In this document: positions 40,332 through 55,119 of the stretch, piece by piece
Layout: each line of letters starts with the position of its first letter
Position numbering within the stretch: the stretch's first letter is position 1
Assembly (NCBI RefSeq): GCF_009914755.1
Contig: NC_060937.1
From: the human T2T-CHM13v2.0 reference genome, Homo sapiens
Length of the DNA: 64,000 bases
Reading direction: 5' to 3' (one strand)
Notes under the pieces: model-generated
Database searches by the model: none
Seen by the model: the letters and a program-made list of their open reading frames with translations, nothing else
Told to the model about the DNA's origin: nothing
Position numbers and translations under genes: made by a program

Positions 40332-42628
40332 TGACATTCTTTTCATCAGCATATTGAATATTCTCCAAGAAAGATCATATGATAGGCCACAAAACAGTCT
40401 CACCTAATTTAAGAAAATTGAATTTATAACAACTACTCTCTCAGACTACAGTGGAATAAAATTGGAAATCAAATTCAAAAACAACCCTTAAAATCATACA
40501 AATACATGAAAATTAAATAACTTGCTTCTTATTGATTTTTGGGTGAACAATAAAATCAAGGTGGAAATTAAAAGTTATTTGAACTGAAAGATAATAGTGA
40601 TACAATCTATCAAAACCTCTGGGATACAGCAAATGTGGTGCTAAGCAAAAAGTTTATAGAATTAAATACCTACATCAAAAAGTCTGACAGAGCAAAAATA
40701 GACAATCTAAGGCCACATCTCAAGGATCTAGAGAAACAAGAACAAACCAAAACGAAACCCAACAGAAGAAAAGAAATAACCAAGATCAGAGCAGAAATAT
40801 ATAAAATTAAAACAAAAAAATACAAAAGATAAATGAAATGAAAAGTTAGTTTTTTGAAAAGATAAATAAAATTGATAGACCATTAGCAAGATTAACCAAG
40901 AAGAGAGAAGATCCAAATAAACTCAATTAGAAATAAAACAGGAGATATTATAAGTGATACCACAGAAATACAAAAGAGCATTCAAGCCTACCATAAACAC
41001 CTTTATGTGCATAAACTAGAAAACCTAGAGGAGATAGATAAATTCCTGGAAATATACAACCCTTCTAGATTAAACCAGAGAAAAACAAGAGAAAAACCAG
41101 AGAAAAACAAAACAAGAAAAATACAGACCAATATCTCTGATGAACATAGATGCAAAAATTTTAACAAAATACTAGTTAACCAAATTTAACAGCATAATAA
41201 AATGCTAAGCCACCATGCTCAGGTGGGTTTCATATCAGGGATGCAAGGATGGATTCATATCTGCAAGTCAATAAATGTGATATGCCACATAAACAGAATT
41301 AAAAACAAAAATTACGTGATCATCTCAATAGATGCAGAAAAAGCATTTGACAAAATACAGCATTCCTTTCTATTAAAACCCTCAGCAATATTGGCATAGA
41401 AGGGACATAGCTTAAGGTAATAAAAACATTCTATGACAAACCCACAGCCAACATTATACTGAATAGGAAAAAAGTTATAATCATTCCCCCTGAGAACTGG
41501 AAAAAGACAAGGATGCCCACTTTCACCACTTCTATTCAACATAATACTTGAAGTCCTATCCATAGCAATCAGACAAGATAAAGAAACATAGGACATCCAA
41601 ACTGGTAAAGAAGTCAAAATTTCACTGTTTGATGATGTCATAATTGTATACCTAGGAAACCCAAAAGGCCTATTCAAAAAGCTACTAGAACTGATAAATG
41701 AATTCAGCAAACTTCAGGATACAAAATTAATGTGCACAAATTAGTAGCTCTGCTACACACCAACAGTGACCAAGTGGAGAATCAAATAATTTATAGAATT
41801 CAGATAGAACCCAAAAAGAGTGTGCATAGCCAAAACAAGACTAAATAAATAAATAAATAAATAAATAATCTGGAGGCATCACGTTGTTCAACTGCAAACT
41901 ATATGATAAGGCCATAGTCACCAAAACAATATGGTTCTGATATAAAAACACTCATATAGGCCAATGGAACAGAAAAGAGAATGCAGAAATAAGACCAAAT
42001 ACTTTCAGTCATCTGATCTTCAACAAAGCAAACAAAAACATAAAGTGGGGAAAGGACACCCTATTCAACAAATTGTGCTGGGATATTTGGCAAGCCACAC
42101 GTAGAAGAATAAAACTGGATCCTCATCTGTACCTTATGCAAAAAACACCTCAAAGTGGATCAAAGACTTAAATCTAAGACCTTAAACCAAAAAATTCTAG
42201 AAGATAACAATGGAAAAATCCTTCTAGACATTGGCTTAGGCCAAGACTTTATAACCAAGAAACAAAAAGAAAATGCAACCAAAAACAAAGATAAATAGAC
42301 AGGTCCTAATTAGACTAAAAAGCTTCTGTGCAATAATGAAATTATCAGCAGAGTAAACAGACCACCTGCAGAGTGGGAGAATATCTTGTTAATCTATACA
42401 TCCAACAAAGAACCAATATTCAGAATCTACAAGCAACTCAAACAAATCAGCAAGTAAAAAACAAATAATTCCATCAAAAAGCAAATTAAGACACAGACAA
42501 TTCTTAAAAGAAGATATACAAATGGCCAACAAACATGAAAAAAATGCTCAACATTATCAATTACTAGGAAAATGCAAATCAAAACCACAATGAAATACCA
42601 CCTTATTCCTGTAAGAATGGCCATAATT

Positions 42629-43061
<433 letters not shown>

Positions 43062-43547
43062 CTACCTGGAGGAAATGAAGTCATTCTATGAAAAATATAC
43101 CTGCACATGCATGTTTATAGCAGCACAATTCACAATTGCAAAATTATGGAACCAGCCTCAATCCCCATCAATCAGAGTGGTTTATTATGGTATATATACC
43201 AGGGAATACTACTCAGCCATAAAAAATAATGAAATAATGGCATTTGCAGTAACCTGGATGGAATTGGAGACCATTATTCTAAATGAAGTAACTCGGGAAT
43301 GGAAAAACAAACATCGTATGTCCTCACTCATAACTGGAAGGTATACTATGAGGACAAAAATATTTAATACAATGGACTTTGGGGACTTGGGGAAATGACT
43401 GAGAGTGGGGTGAAGAATCAAAGGCCACACTTTGGGTCCAGTTTACATGGCTCAGGTGATTGGTGCTCCCAGATTTCAGAAGTTACCACTGAAAAACTTA
43501 TTCATGTAACCAAATACCACCTGTTCCCTAGAAATCAACTGAAATTT

Positions 43548-44185
43548 AAAAAATGAACTTATGCAGTTTAAAGATAGAATGATAGATTCCCCAGGTTGAG
43601 AATGGTTTGTGTGTAGGAGGGGGAATTAAAGAAAGATTCATTATTGAGTGGAAACATACAGTTAAGTAGAAAAAGTAAATTCTAATGTTCAGTAGGAGAC
43701 TAAAGTGACTATATATAGTTAGCAACAATATATTATGTATTTCACAGAAACTAGAAGAGAGGATTTGAAATATTCAATCAATATTCAAAGACAAATATTA
43801 TTTTTTCTCATATGTGAAAGCTAAAAAAAAATTGATCTCTCAAAGATAGACTAGATAGGTGGTTATCAGAGGCCAGGAATGCAAGGGGGCAGAAGATGAA
43901 GAAAGGCTGATTAATGGAAATAAATATTCAATTTGACAGAAGAAATAATAACTAGTGTTTGGTAGACCAGCAGGGTAAATATAGTTACCAATAAATTATT
44001 GTATATTTCAAAATAGCTAGAAGAGGAAAATTCAAGTGTTTCCAGCATAAAGAAAATATAAACATTTAAGATGATGAATGTTCCAATTACACTGATTTGA
44101 TCTTGCAAATTTTGTGATTGTGTTAAATTATCATATGTACCTCAAATATTGCACATCTATTATGTATTATTTAAAAATTTAAAAT
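43548..44185 (+). mobile_element. Two consecutive L1MA 3' UTRs (L1MA6-like to about 43780, then L1MA5A-like)
   Basis: The motifs atatagtta..tgtat(a)tttca..ctagaagag occur twice, in diverged versions. Confidence 0.8.
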
Positions 44186-44249
44186 TTAAAATATATATTG
44201 GATTGAGCCAAGAAAAAATAGAAAATTTAGACAAGATGATCTTTTCAAA

Positions 44250-47200
44250 AACAAATGAGTCAAATAAAAACAACTAAGAAAATATTAGAAACAATATAAC
44301 ATTAACATTTTCTTACGTACAAATGGATTAACCTTTGAAATTAAAAACTAGAGATTGTTAGACTTGGGAAAAATGCTGAGAGGCAAGTATATCCTTTCTA
44401 TAAAAGGCACACATTAAATATAGATATGTAGAGACTAAATGCAAGATAAGCCTTCCAATGCATACAGTATGCAAATGAAATATAGTGTGATGATATTTAT
44501 TCAAGCAACAAAGAAGTCAAGAAAATGAATATTACCAAAATAATGAGATATTTTGCAATGATGATAATCAAATTACTTCAATTAGCATAACATTAAAATG
44601 AGTATGCTTCAAATACTTATTTTGAATGCAAAGCTTCAAAATACAGAGAGATAGCTAACAGTACTATTGGGAGAAAAATACGAGTCCACAGTGACCTTTA
44701 CATATGTTAAAACTCCCCATTTTAGAATATAGTTTTAAAAATAACTGAATCCAGAAAAGTATAAATTATCTATATGTACTTAAACATTTTAATTTTATTA
44801 ATATCTTGGACCCTGTATTAGTTCATTATTACACTGCTATAAATACATACTTGGGACTGGCTAATTTATGAAGAAAAGAGGTTTAATTGACTCCCAGTTC
44901 CCCAGGCCATACAGGAAGCATGGCTGAGGAGGCCTTAGGAAACTTACAATCATCGAGGAAGGTGAAAGGGAAGCAAGCACATCTTCACATGGACAGCAGG
45001 AGAGAGAGAGAAAGAGATAGACGTGGGAAGTGCTAAACACTTTCAAACAAGTAGATCTCATGTGAACTCACTCACTATCATAAGAACACCAAGGGAGAAG
45101 TCCTCCCCCATGATTCAATCATCTCCCACCAGGTCCCTCCCTCAACAATGGAGATTACAATTCAACTTGAGATTTGGGTAGGCACACAATGCCAAACCAT
45201 ATTATTTTGCCCTGGACCCTCCCAAATCTCATGTTCTTCTTACATTTTGAAATATGATTATGCCTTCTTATTAGTCTCTTGAATTCTTAACTTATTACAG
45301 CATTAACTCAAAAGTCAAAGTTTAAGGTCTCATCTTTGAAAAGGAAAGTCATTTCCATCTGTGAGCCTTGAGACTGTAAATTAAAAAAAAAAGTTTGTTA
45401 TTTTCAAGATATAATTGAGGTACAGTCATTGGGCATGACTTTCCATGCAAAAAGAGTGAAATTGACAAAAACAAAGAGGCTACAGGCCCCATGCAACTCC
45501 AAAACCGAGCAGTGCAGTCATTAAATCTTAAAGCTCCAAAAAAATCTTCCTTGATTCCATGTCTCACATCCAGGCCAAACTGACACAAGGGGTGGGCTCA
45601 CAAGGCCTTGGGCAGCTGTGCCCCTGTGGCTGCTCTCATGGATTGGCATTGATTACCTATAGCTTTTTCCAGGCACACTGTGAAAACTGTTGGTGGATTT
45701 ACCATTCTGGGGTCTGAAAGTCAGTGGCCTTCTTCTCAAAGCTCCATTAGGTAGTGCCTCTGTGTGAGGGCTCCAAACCCACATTTCCCCTTCACACTGT
45801 CCTAGTACTGGTTCTCCAAAAGGGCTCCATCCCTGGAGATGACTTCTGCCTGGACATTCAGGTGTTTCCACACATCCTCTGAAATCTAGGAAGAGGCTCC
45901 CAAACCTCAATTCTGTGCACCCATAGGGTTAATACCATGTGGAAGCCTTGGTTGCCTCAAACTTGCACCCTCTGGAGCAGTGGCCTGAGCTGTATCTTGG
46001 CCCCTTTTAGTGACAGCTGGAGCTGGAGTGGCTGGGATGCAGGCACCATAACCCAAGGATGCACAGAACAGTGAGGCCCTGGGCCTGGCACACAAACCAT
46101 TTTTGCCTCCTAGGCCTCCAGGCCTGTGATGGGAATGGCTGTCATGAAGGTATTTAAAATGCCTTTGAGGCATCTTCCCTGTTGTCTTGGGTATTAATAT
46201 TTGGTGACTCTCTGCTTTTGCAAATTTCTGCAGTCTGCTTGAATTCCTTCACAGAGAATAAGTTTTTCTTTTCTATCACTTGGCCATGCTTTAAATTTTC
46301 CAAACTTTTAAGCTTTGCTTTACTTTTAAGTTCCTGTTTCAGATAATCTCTTTGCTCTTGAATATGAATGTATGCTGTTAGAAGCAGACAGACCATGTCT
46401 TGAATGCTTTGCTGCTTAAAATTTCTTCCACTAAATATCCTAAACCATCTCTCAAGTTCAAAGTTCCACAGATCTCTAGGACAGGGGGATAATGCTGCCA
46501 GTATTTTTGCTAAAGCTCAGCAAGAGTAACCTTTTTACTCCAGTTCCCAATAAGTTCCTCATCTCCCTCTGAGACCATCTCAGCCTGGACTTCATTGTCC
46601 ATAACACTATAAGTATTTTGGTCACAACAATTTAAAAAGTCTCTAGGAAGATCCAAACTTTCCCTCATCTTCCTGTTTCCTTCTGAGCCTTCCAAAGTGT
46701 TCCAACCTCTGCCCATTACCCAGTTCCAAAATTACTTCCACGTTTTCAGGTATCTTTATAGCAATGCCCACTTTTCTGGTACCAATTTTCTGTATTAGTC
46801 TGTTCCCACACTTCTATAAAGACATGGCTAATTTATGGAGAAAAGAGATTTAATTGACTAACAGTTCCACAGGCTGTACAGAAAGCATGGCCGAGAAGGC
46901 CTTAGGAAACTTACAATCATGATGGAAGGCACAGGCAAAAAGGGGTCATTTTCACATGACTGGAGGAAGAGACAGAACAAAGGGGGAAGTACTACACACT
47001 TTCAAACAACTAGATCTCATGGGAACTTACTATCATGAGAACAGCAAGGGGGAGATCCACTTCCATGATCCAGTCATCTCCCAACAGGTCCCTCCCCTAA
47101 CACTGGAGATTGCAATTCAACATGAGATCTGGGTGAGGATGGAGCCAAACCATATCAGACCCTAAATCTAAGAACTATAAAATAAACATCTTTTAATGTC

Positions 47201-47520
47201 CACGTGATATGCTAAGTTAGATAACATACTGTGTAAAAAATATGTAAAGTTATCTCAACAGATTAAAATCTTATAGAGTATGTTGTCTATTTCTAATAAA
47301 ATTAAATTTGAAATCAATAATAAAAAGACTTTAAAATATCCTCACTTGATTTTAAATGAAATGACACTTATAAATAATACCTGGCCAAAGCAAATAATCA
47401 CAAGGGAAATTAGAAAGTGTGTCACACTAGAAAATAATAAAATCACAAAATAAAATTTTTGCGATATGCTTTCAACACAGTGCTTAGGAAGAAATTTATA
47501 AATATAAATGTACTCATTGG
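44250..47520 (+). mobile_element. Ancient L1ME ORF2 5' remnant, split by the MSTA provirus
   Basis: aaatggattaa..gagattgttagact before the provirus. aattaaatttgaaatcaataa and gtgcttaggaagaaatttata after it. Confidence 0.7.
44814..47157 (-). mobile_element. Complete MSTA provirus (3' LTR 44814-45204, internal 45205-46790, 5' LTR 46791-47157)
   Basis: Two LTRs with MSTA-type (c/g)tacag(g/a)aagcatggc and acactttcaaacaa. Perfect 5-bp TSD gaccc on both sides. Confidence 0.95.
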
Positions 47521-49879
47521 ATTATATCAATTTTCTCATTTTATGTCTCCTAAACTTACACTTTATAATTCGTTGCAAGAGTTCTATTTGTTAAAATTCT
47601 TACAGTGATAATGCAAATTTGAATTCTTGAATTTTGTTTTAAACTACCACAATGTACGCCTTTTTGTTACTAAACTTTAAAAAAATAAAGTTTTCCAGTT
47701 TATACTTTATATTGTTGATGTGCAGAAGAGATAAAGGAAGGGTCTCAAATAAGTACAGGATGAAAAAACTTAATGTTCTTCCTGGTTTTGCTGACTGTGT
47801 GCTCCTCTGGTTCCTTAATATCATATTCTCCAGGTCAGGGATTCTGGGGCAAGAAATTTGTTCAGCACAATTACGTCTAGTAGATAGAGCTACTTAAATG
47901 TGTTGGCCTGTGTTGCAATAAATAATAAATAATAGACCAAACCTCAATACAGCTGAACAGCTGTCACCGCAGCTAACAGTGGAGCCAATCATGAGGTCAG
48001 ACAAGAACTGTAACTGGGGAGGATACATAGACCCAGCTGCCAGAGCTAACAGCACATATATCTTAATATCTGGGTGGCTGTAGCTGCCAAACCTTTTCCA
48101 CAAGCAGCTTTGTGTATTGATTTCAAGCCTGATAGAAAGATGGAGAAAAAAAATTGCACATTCAACAATGCTAGAAATAGAAAGAAGAATGTGTCAAATA
48201 ATGGTGTAAATGTTTGATGTATGGTGAATATTACTTTCAAAGAAGAAATATGTTTTTAAAATGTTTAGTTCTTTTGGTCAAGGACTATGTCTAATTATTT
48301 TTGACAATTTTCATTGAGATTATTATTTATTTTATTTAGTTCTCAAGATTCTCATTGTGCTTAAGTGTTCAATTCTATTTCCACATGGAGGCTAAACTGT
48401 TTCCATAATAGATACATATTACTGAAAATTATTTACTTAATTGAGATACTAAAATACTTTTTTCTATACTTTATCAAATCTGTGTTCTAACTGAAAAACA
48501 CTAACATTTATCGTATTATTTGTCATTGTTGCCTTAATGTTTACATTATATTGCTAAGTAAAATGATAACTCTGGGATTGGCACCATGGTAAATATTGCA
48601 TAGAAACACAGACCCAGGTGAAAGGTAAAATATCTTAAACTACTTGATGTTGCCCACAGTGCAGGTCATAGTGGCATAACTTTATCTGGAGTATTATCTG
48701 AACTTCATGTCTCCACAAATACGAACAAGATGCAAAAGAGATGCTATGATTAGAATGACTGCCCTGTGAGGTACTTTGAGGAATTTCTACCCTCTGACTT
48801 TAAGTAACGTATAAACTGTTGACCACAGATGACAATTTGGGACAGTTGTTTTATGACAGTCTTTCCATGTACAAGTAGAATAACTGGGAAAAATTGTACA
48901 CTTCTGAGTGTTTGCTGAGAGCCAGGGTGTATTGAAAATCAAATGGCCAGGCTTCAAACCAGCGTGAGATTTTGTCCTGAAATTCTTTTTCATGAGAAGA
49001 TACACTCAGTACTATATTCATATCTTTAATTAAAAAAATACATTTAAAAAAATTCTAAAGAATCAAAAGCTACTTCAAGTGTTTTAATAAAGTGTTATTA
49101 AAATTCATATTCCTAATATATGCTTTGCAAATTTATTATCTATTTTAATAAACAATTTAATCATACGACTGTTGTGTTCTGATCAAGTAGTCTCAGTTTA
49201 TGATGTGGGTCTTCATGTAAATTGGCCTAAGCAAAGAATGAGCTTGTCTTTCCTGATTTTTTTGCTCTTTGTGAAAATTGTATTTTTCAATGCAAATGGT
49301 ATACTAGCATTTTGTTTAATATATTAGTTGCTTGTGAATTGTTTACAAACTGTTGTCTTTCTTGTGTCCTCTAAATTGAGAGACTGAAAACTCTGGGTAT
49401 ATTTCTATGTATGTTTAAATATCAGGTATAACAAAAGTCAAACTAAAAGATATTTATTTTTTCACCCATCTTGCCATCAATTGACAATTCCATCAAGTTG
49501 CAGAATCCTTTCTCTGTATAATGCCTAATTTTAGTGGAACAATTTCAGTGGATTAATATACTTAAGTAGTTTGGCAACTTTGGATGATAAAATAAATTAA
49601 TGTGCTGAAAAAGATAAAAATTGGAAAAGAGTACCTACTAGAACAATCCATAAAGGGTATAAGTATACATAAGTATTAGAAAGATAAATGTATGGAGAAA
49701 TATTTATTAAAAGTATAAACATCTAAGGAATGTGATATTTAAATGCTGTTCTGGAACTGTTTTATCACCATCCATTACTTACAGACCTCTGAGAAAGATA
49801 TCTATTTTGTATTTGTATTGTACATTGTTGAAATCTTTTAGTAATTCATTTTTTATTCATTTTAGCCATTCAGGTGTAT

Positions 49880-50340
49880 ATACTATTATTTTTATATTTT
49901 TTACATTTTGAGGAAATGCCTTTTAAGCAATTTCTGAAAAGTTCTTTGCCTATTTTTCTACTGAATTGACTCTGTGTGTGTGTATACAATATCACAGTAT
50001 GAGTTCTATGTTATATATATACATATATGCAATGGAATTAGTGCTATATCATTATATCTGAATTGTACTCTCTCTCACTTGCTTTTTCATTACTTTCTTA
50101 ATTGTATTTGTTTAGGACAGGTTTTTTAAATTTTATGATAGTTAATTTATAGTGTTTTCTTTTTTTTATTTTTAAACATTTCACCTATATTGAGGTATGG
50201 AAAATATTATTCTCTTTTTCTCTAGAAGTTTTGTGGTTTATTTCCCAGTTTAGATCTCTAATCTATATAAAATGATTTTTTCTTTATGGTGTTACGTAGA
50301 GCTAAGGATAAAATTTTCAAAATATATATCCTATTATGAT
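49880..50340 (-). mobile_element. Old L1M ORF2 relic
   Basis: ttctttgcctatttttcta, ttttctctagaagttttgtgg and tttagatctctaatc. Confidence 0.6.
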
Positions 50341-50579
50341 TTTTAATTTGGAAGAAACAGAGAAAGAGAGAGAGTAATTTAGCTTTAATTGACAAACTTG
50401 TGTTTATATCATAATGGCCCATATTTCTAAGTGGTACTTCAAGTGTAAGCGCAAATAAGAAGACATACCTACTGAGAGAGCAAAATTAAAACTTGATTAG
50501 ATCAATCACAGAATGGGTAGAAATGATCTGCTTAAAATCTGCCAAGCTTAAAGTTAAGTAAATGCTTTCTTAAAAAAAA

Positions 50580-51420
50580 ATTATTTTCATTTTAGAGGTA
50601 CAAATGCTGGTTTGCTGCATAGGCAAATTTGTGTCATGGGGATTGTTGTACAGATTACTTCATCACCCGAGTATTAAGCCTGGTACCCATTAGTTAATTT
50701 TTCAGATCCTCTTCCTCCTGTCACCCTCCACCCTCTGAAATACCCCAGTGTCTGCTGTTCCCCTTTATGTGTGCATGTGTTCTCATCATTTAGTTCCCAC
50801 TTATAAGTAAGAACATGTGGTGTTTGGTTTTCTGTTCCTGGGTTAGTTTGCTAAGGATAATCTCCTCCAGCTCTATCCATGTCCCTGCAAAGAACATGTT
50901 CTTGTTCTTTTTCATGGCTGTATAGTATTCTGTTGTATATATGTACCACATTTTCTTTATCCAGTCTGTCATTGATGGGCATTTAGGTTGATTCCATGTC
51001 TTTGCTGTTGTGAATAATGCTGCAATGAACATATGTGTGCATGTGTCTTTATAACAGAATTATTTATATTCCTCTGGGTGTATACACAGTAAGGACATTG
51101 CTGGGTTAAATGGTGTTTCTGTCTTTAGGTGTCTGGGGAATCACCACACTGCCTTCCACAATGGCTGATATAGTTTGCACTCCTACCAACAGTGTATATG
51201 CATTTGGTTTTCTCCACAATCTCACCATCAGTTATTTTTTGACTTTGTAATAATAACCATTCTCACTGGTGTTACATGGTATCTCATCGTAATTTTGATT
51301 GGCGTTTCTTGAATCATCAGTGTTTTTGAGCTTTTTTTCATATGTTTGTTGACTGTATGTATGCCTTCCTTAGGAAAATGTCTGTTAATGTCTTTTGCCC
51401 ACTGTTTTATGGGGTGTTTG
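50580..51420 (-). mobile_element. 5'-truncated L1PA13-like 3' end
   Basis: tgttgtacagattacttcatcaccc..ttagtttgctaaggataat. ORF MFIAALFTTAKTWNQPKCP is the ORF2 C-terminus. Confidence 0.9.
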
Positions 51421-51716
51421 TTTATGGAAGTGCTTGATATTCAATGAAAGCCTCAAAGTATTTCTCCTATTATTCATATTTAGTAAATGACACTCGTAAA
51501 TATTATAAGGCATACCAGGAGACATGGACAATTAATGAAAAACCAAGAGGCAAAAAAGAAATTCATCAGCAGATTATCTAGATTTTGGAAAGATTGAGCA
51601 CAAATATTAAAATAATTGTGATTAATATATGTCACAATATAGATGAATGAACAAATAATATTGCCATAAAACTGAATCGATAAAAATAATAAATTATTTG
51701 TAGATTTAAAATACAA

Positions 51717-52147
51717 TGTTTTAGTCTGTTTTTTGTTGTCATAAAGGAATATCTGAGCCTGAGTAATCTATAAAGATAAGAGGTTTATTTGGCTCATAGT
51801 TCCACAGGCAGTTCAAGAAGCATGGTGCTGGTGACATCTGCTTCTATTGAGAGTCTCAGGCTGCTTCCACTCATAGTGAAACGCAAAGGGAAGTCAGCAG
51901 GTGATGTGTACAGAAATCATATGAGAGAGGAGGCAAGAGAGAGCAAGAATGTACCAAGTCCTTTTAAACAATCAGCTTTTATGGAAAATAATAGAGGGAG
52001 AATTCACTCACTCCAGAGGGAGGGAATTAATGTACTCATGTTGGATTTACCACCATTACTCAAACATCTCCCATCAGGCCCCACTTGTAGCATTGGGGTT
52101 CAAATTTCAACATTTGGTTTGGGGTGACAAATATCCAAACCATAATA
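51717..52147 (-). mobile_element. MSTB1-like solo LTR
   Basis: tgttttagtctg..gaggtttatttggctcatagtt..ctcaggctgcttccactcat..tccaaaccataata. TSD tacaa/tccaa. Confidence 0.88.
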
Positions 52148-52268
52148 TCCAATAATATAAAATTCCCAAAATATAATCACATTAAGAACCAAGTAGAAGG
52201 CTAAAATGTTGTTTAAAACATCATAACAGAATAATAGTGAACTGAGTTACATATAAATAGAAAATACT

Positions 52269-52610
<342 letters not shown>

Positions 52611-52632
52611 TTACAAAAATACATGATAGGAT

Positions 52633-52793
52633 GGCTATGGTCTAAATGTTTATGTCTCTCCAAAATTCATATGTTGATATCTTCCATGGTTTGACTATGT
52701 CCCCCAAAAAGCATGCATTAGAAACTTAATACCAAATACAACAGTGTTGGGAGGTGAGGCCTAATAGGAGGTGATATGGTTGGCTTTGTATCC
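52633..52793 (+). mobile_element. Three successive MaLR LTR 5' stubs (MSTD-like, MSTC-like, THE1/MSTA-like)
   Basis: gctatggtctaaatgtt (52634), ttccatggtttgactatgtcccccaaaaagcatg (52682) and tgatatggttggctttgtatcc (52772). Confidence 0.7.
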
Positions 52794-52959
52794 TCTTGAG
52801 TAGCTGGGACTACAGGTGCGCGCCATGATACCTGGCTAATTTTTGCTTTTTTAGTAGAGACGGGGTTTCGCCATGATGGCCAGGCTGGTCTTGAACTGTT
52901 GACCTCAGGTGATCTGCCCGCCTCGGCCTCCCAGTGTGCTGGGATTACCGCGGCCGGCC
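52792..52959 (-). mobile_element. AluS 5' half, with 3' half and tail missing
   Basis: gagtagctgggactacagg..gacctcaggtgatc..gggattac^cgcggccggcc. Confidence 0.92.
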
Positions 52960-53743
52960 TAAATGGATTCTTAATAAGATTTCTTACCAGAAACCATGGA
53001 GAGCAGAAGGAATTAGGATGACTGAAGTCCTGAAAGAAAAAAAAAAACAGTCTACTAAGAATTCTGTCTGTGACAAAACTAAACTTCAAAAATGAAGACA
53101 TTCCGAGATATTCAAAAGCTGGGGCAGTTTATCAGTGGTAGACATGACTTACAAGAAATGTTAATGGGAGTCTTTCAGGCTGAAATTAAGTCACTAAACA
53201 ATAACTCAAAGCCACATATAAATATACAATAAATATATATATACACATATAAATAAATATACAATACACACATATATAAAATGAAGAATTCAACAAAAGT
53301 AACTTCATAGGTAAGTATAAAAGTATTAAAGTATTTTTGGATGTAACTTCTTTTTTGTTTCCTATATGATTTAAAAACAAAAACTGTAAATAAAGGTTGA
53401 ATGACACCCAATGTATAAACATGTAACATATAATAGGAGCATTCTAAAAGTGATGACAGCTGTATAGGAGCAGAGATTTAACGTATTATTGAAACTAAAT
53501 TCAAACTCAGTTGTTAGAAATGTAGAATATTAATTATAATTCACATACCACTGAGAAGTTGCTCAAACACAAGAGAAGGCAGTATTAAAAGAACTGTGGA
53601 ACAATATTATGTGTGTATACATATTTTTATATTTGTGCAGTGCATATATATGTAAATGTATATAAATGTATGAATGGGTGTGCATATATATAAATACATA
53701 TAAATATAGGCCATATAGAAAGTAAATTGGAAAATGGCACAAA

Positions 53744-53998
53744 TGTCTTAGTTTGTGCTGCTATTTAAAAAATGCCAGAGAATGGGTAATTTATAAAGAA
53801 CAGAAATTTATTTTATCTTGGTTCTGGAGGCTGGGAAATCCAAGATGAAGCGCTGGCGATAAAGCGCTGGCATATCAGTATCTAGTGAAGGCTCGTCCCT
53901 CATAGACAGCACTATCTACATGTCCTCACATTGTGGAAAGAATAGAAGGTCAAACAAGGTGTCCTTACATGGGGGAAGGGACAGAAGTATAAACAAGG
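53744..53998 (-). mobile_element. MSTD/MLT1A-like LTR 3' half
   Basis: tgtcttagtttgtgctgctat..cagaaatttatt..ttctggaggctgggaaatccaagat. Confidence 0.8.
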
Positions 53999-55119
53999 AT
54001 GCACATTTTTGGCTATACAATATGTTACACTAGAAAAGAAGTCTTAATTCAAAAAGACTGAGATTATACAAATTATTTTTTCTGACCACTATAAAATAAA
54101 GCTACAAATAAAAACTGAAAAATTTATAAATGCATGGAAATTGAACAACATACTATTAAGTAACCAATGGGTCAAAGAGGAATTCACATGGGCAATTATA
54201 AAATAATTTGAGATGAATTTAAACAAAAATACAACATATCTAAATTTAAAGGATGCAACAAAAGCAATGCTCTGAGGAAAATGTATAGCCGTAAATGAGT
54301 ACATTAAAAAAAAAGTCAGTAAATACCCTAACTTTACCAAGGAACTGGAAAAAGAACAACAAACTGAAGCCAAAGCTAGCAGAAGTAAGGAAATAACAAA
54401 GATTACAGCTTAAGTAAATAACATAGAAAATGGAAAAACAGAGAAAATCAACACAACCAAAATTTCATACTTGGTAAAAATAAAAAAAAAAATGACACAC
54501 GGTTATTTAGACAAACAAAGAAACAAAGAGAGGGGATACAAAAACTAAAATCAGAAATAAAAGCAGAGAGAGTACTATTTTATTTGTCAATGAATAACAT
54601 AGACATGTTTCTTGAACCCAAACAGAAAGGTACAGGGCCTGGACACAACCAAGAATCTTTACATGGATGGATCTGATAATAAACTAATATTTACCCCTTC
54701 TCTATTATTTTAAATATTCATTAAAAATAATATCTTACATTAGATCATAGATTTTCTAATGCACTTGTGACCAAATTGTTTATATATACGGGGTCCTGCC
54801 TGCAAAATAAACAAAGAAACAGAAAACGTTTTGCTTGAGGTTCTGCAAACCTATGGACAGGCCTGAAAATGACTCTTCTCTTAGGTCTGCTCTGGACTTT
54901 GAGTTTAGTATCACTGTCACCGTTCATCCACCTTAAGAAACCTTAGTATGTATTATCAGGAGAAAAGTTTGTTCATTCTTCCTTGTATATTAGCTTAGCA
55001 GTTTTCTAAGTCTTTTTCACTGTTAAGTCATTTACCATGATTTTTTTTTCTAGATGAGGGTTTAGCCAAATACCCTAGCCAGCCCTTAACAGAAATAGTA
55101 TGTCCTATATTTCAATTTT

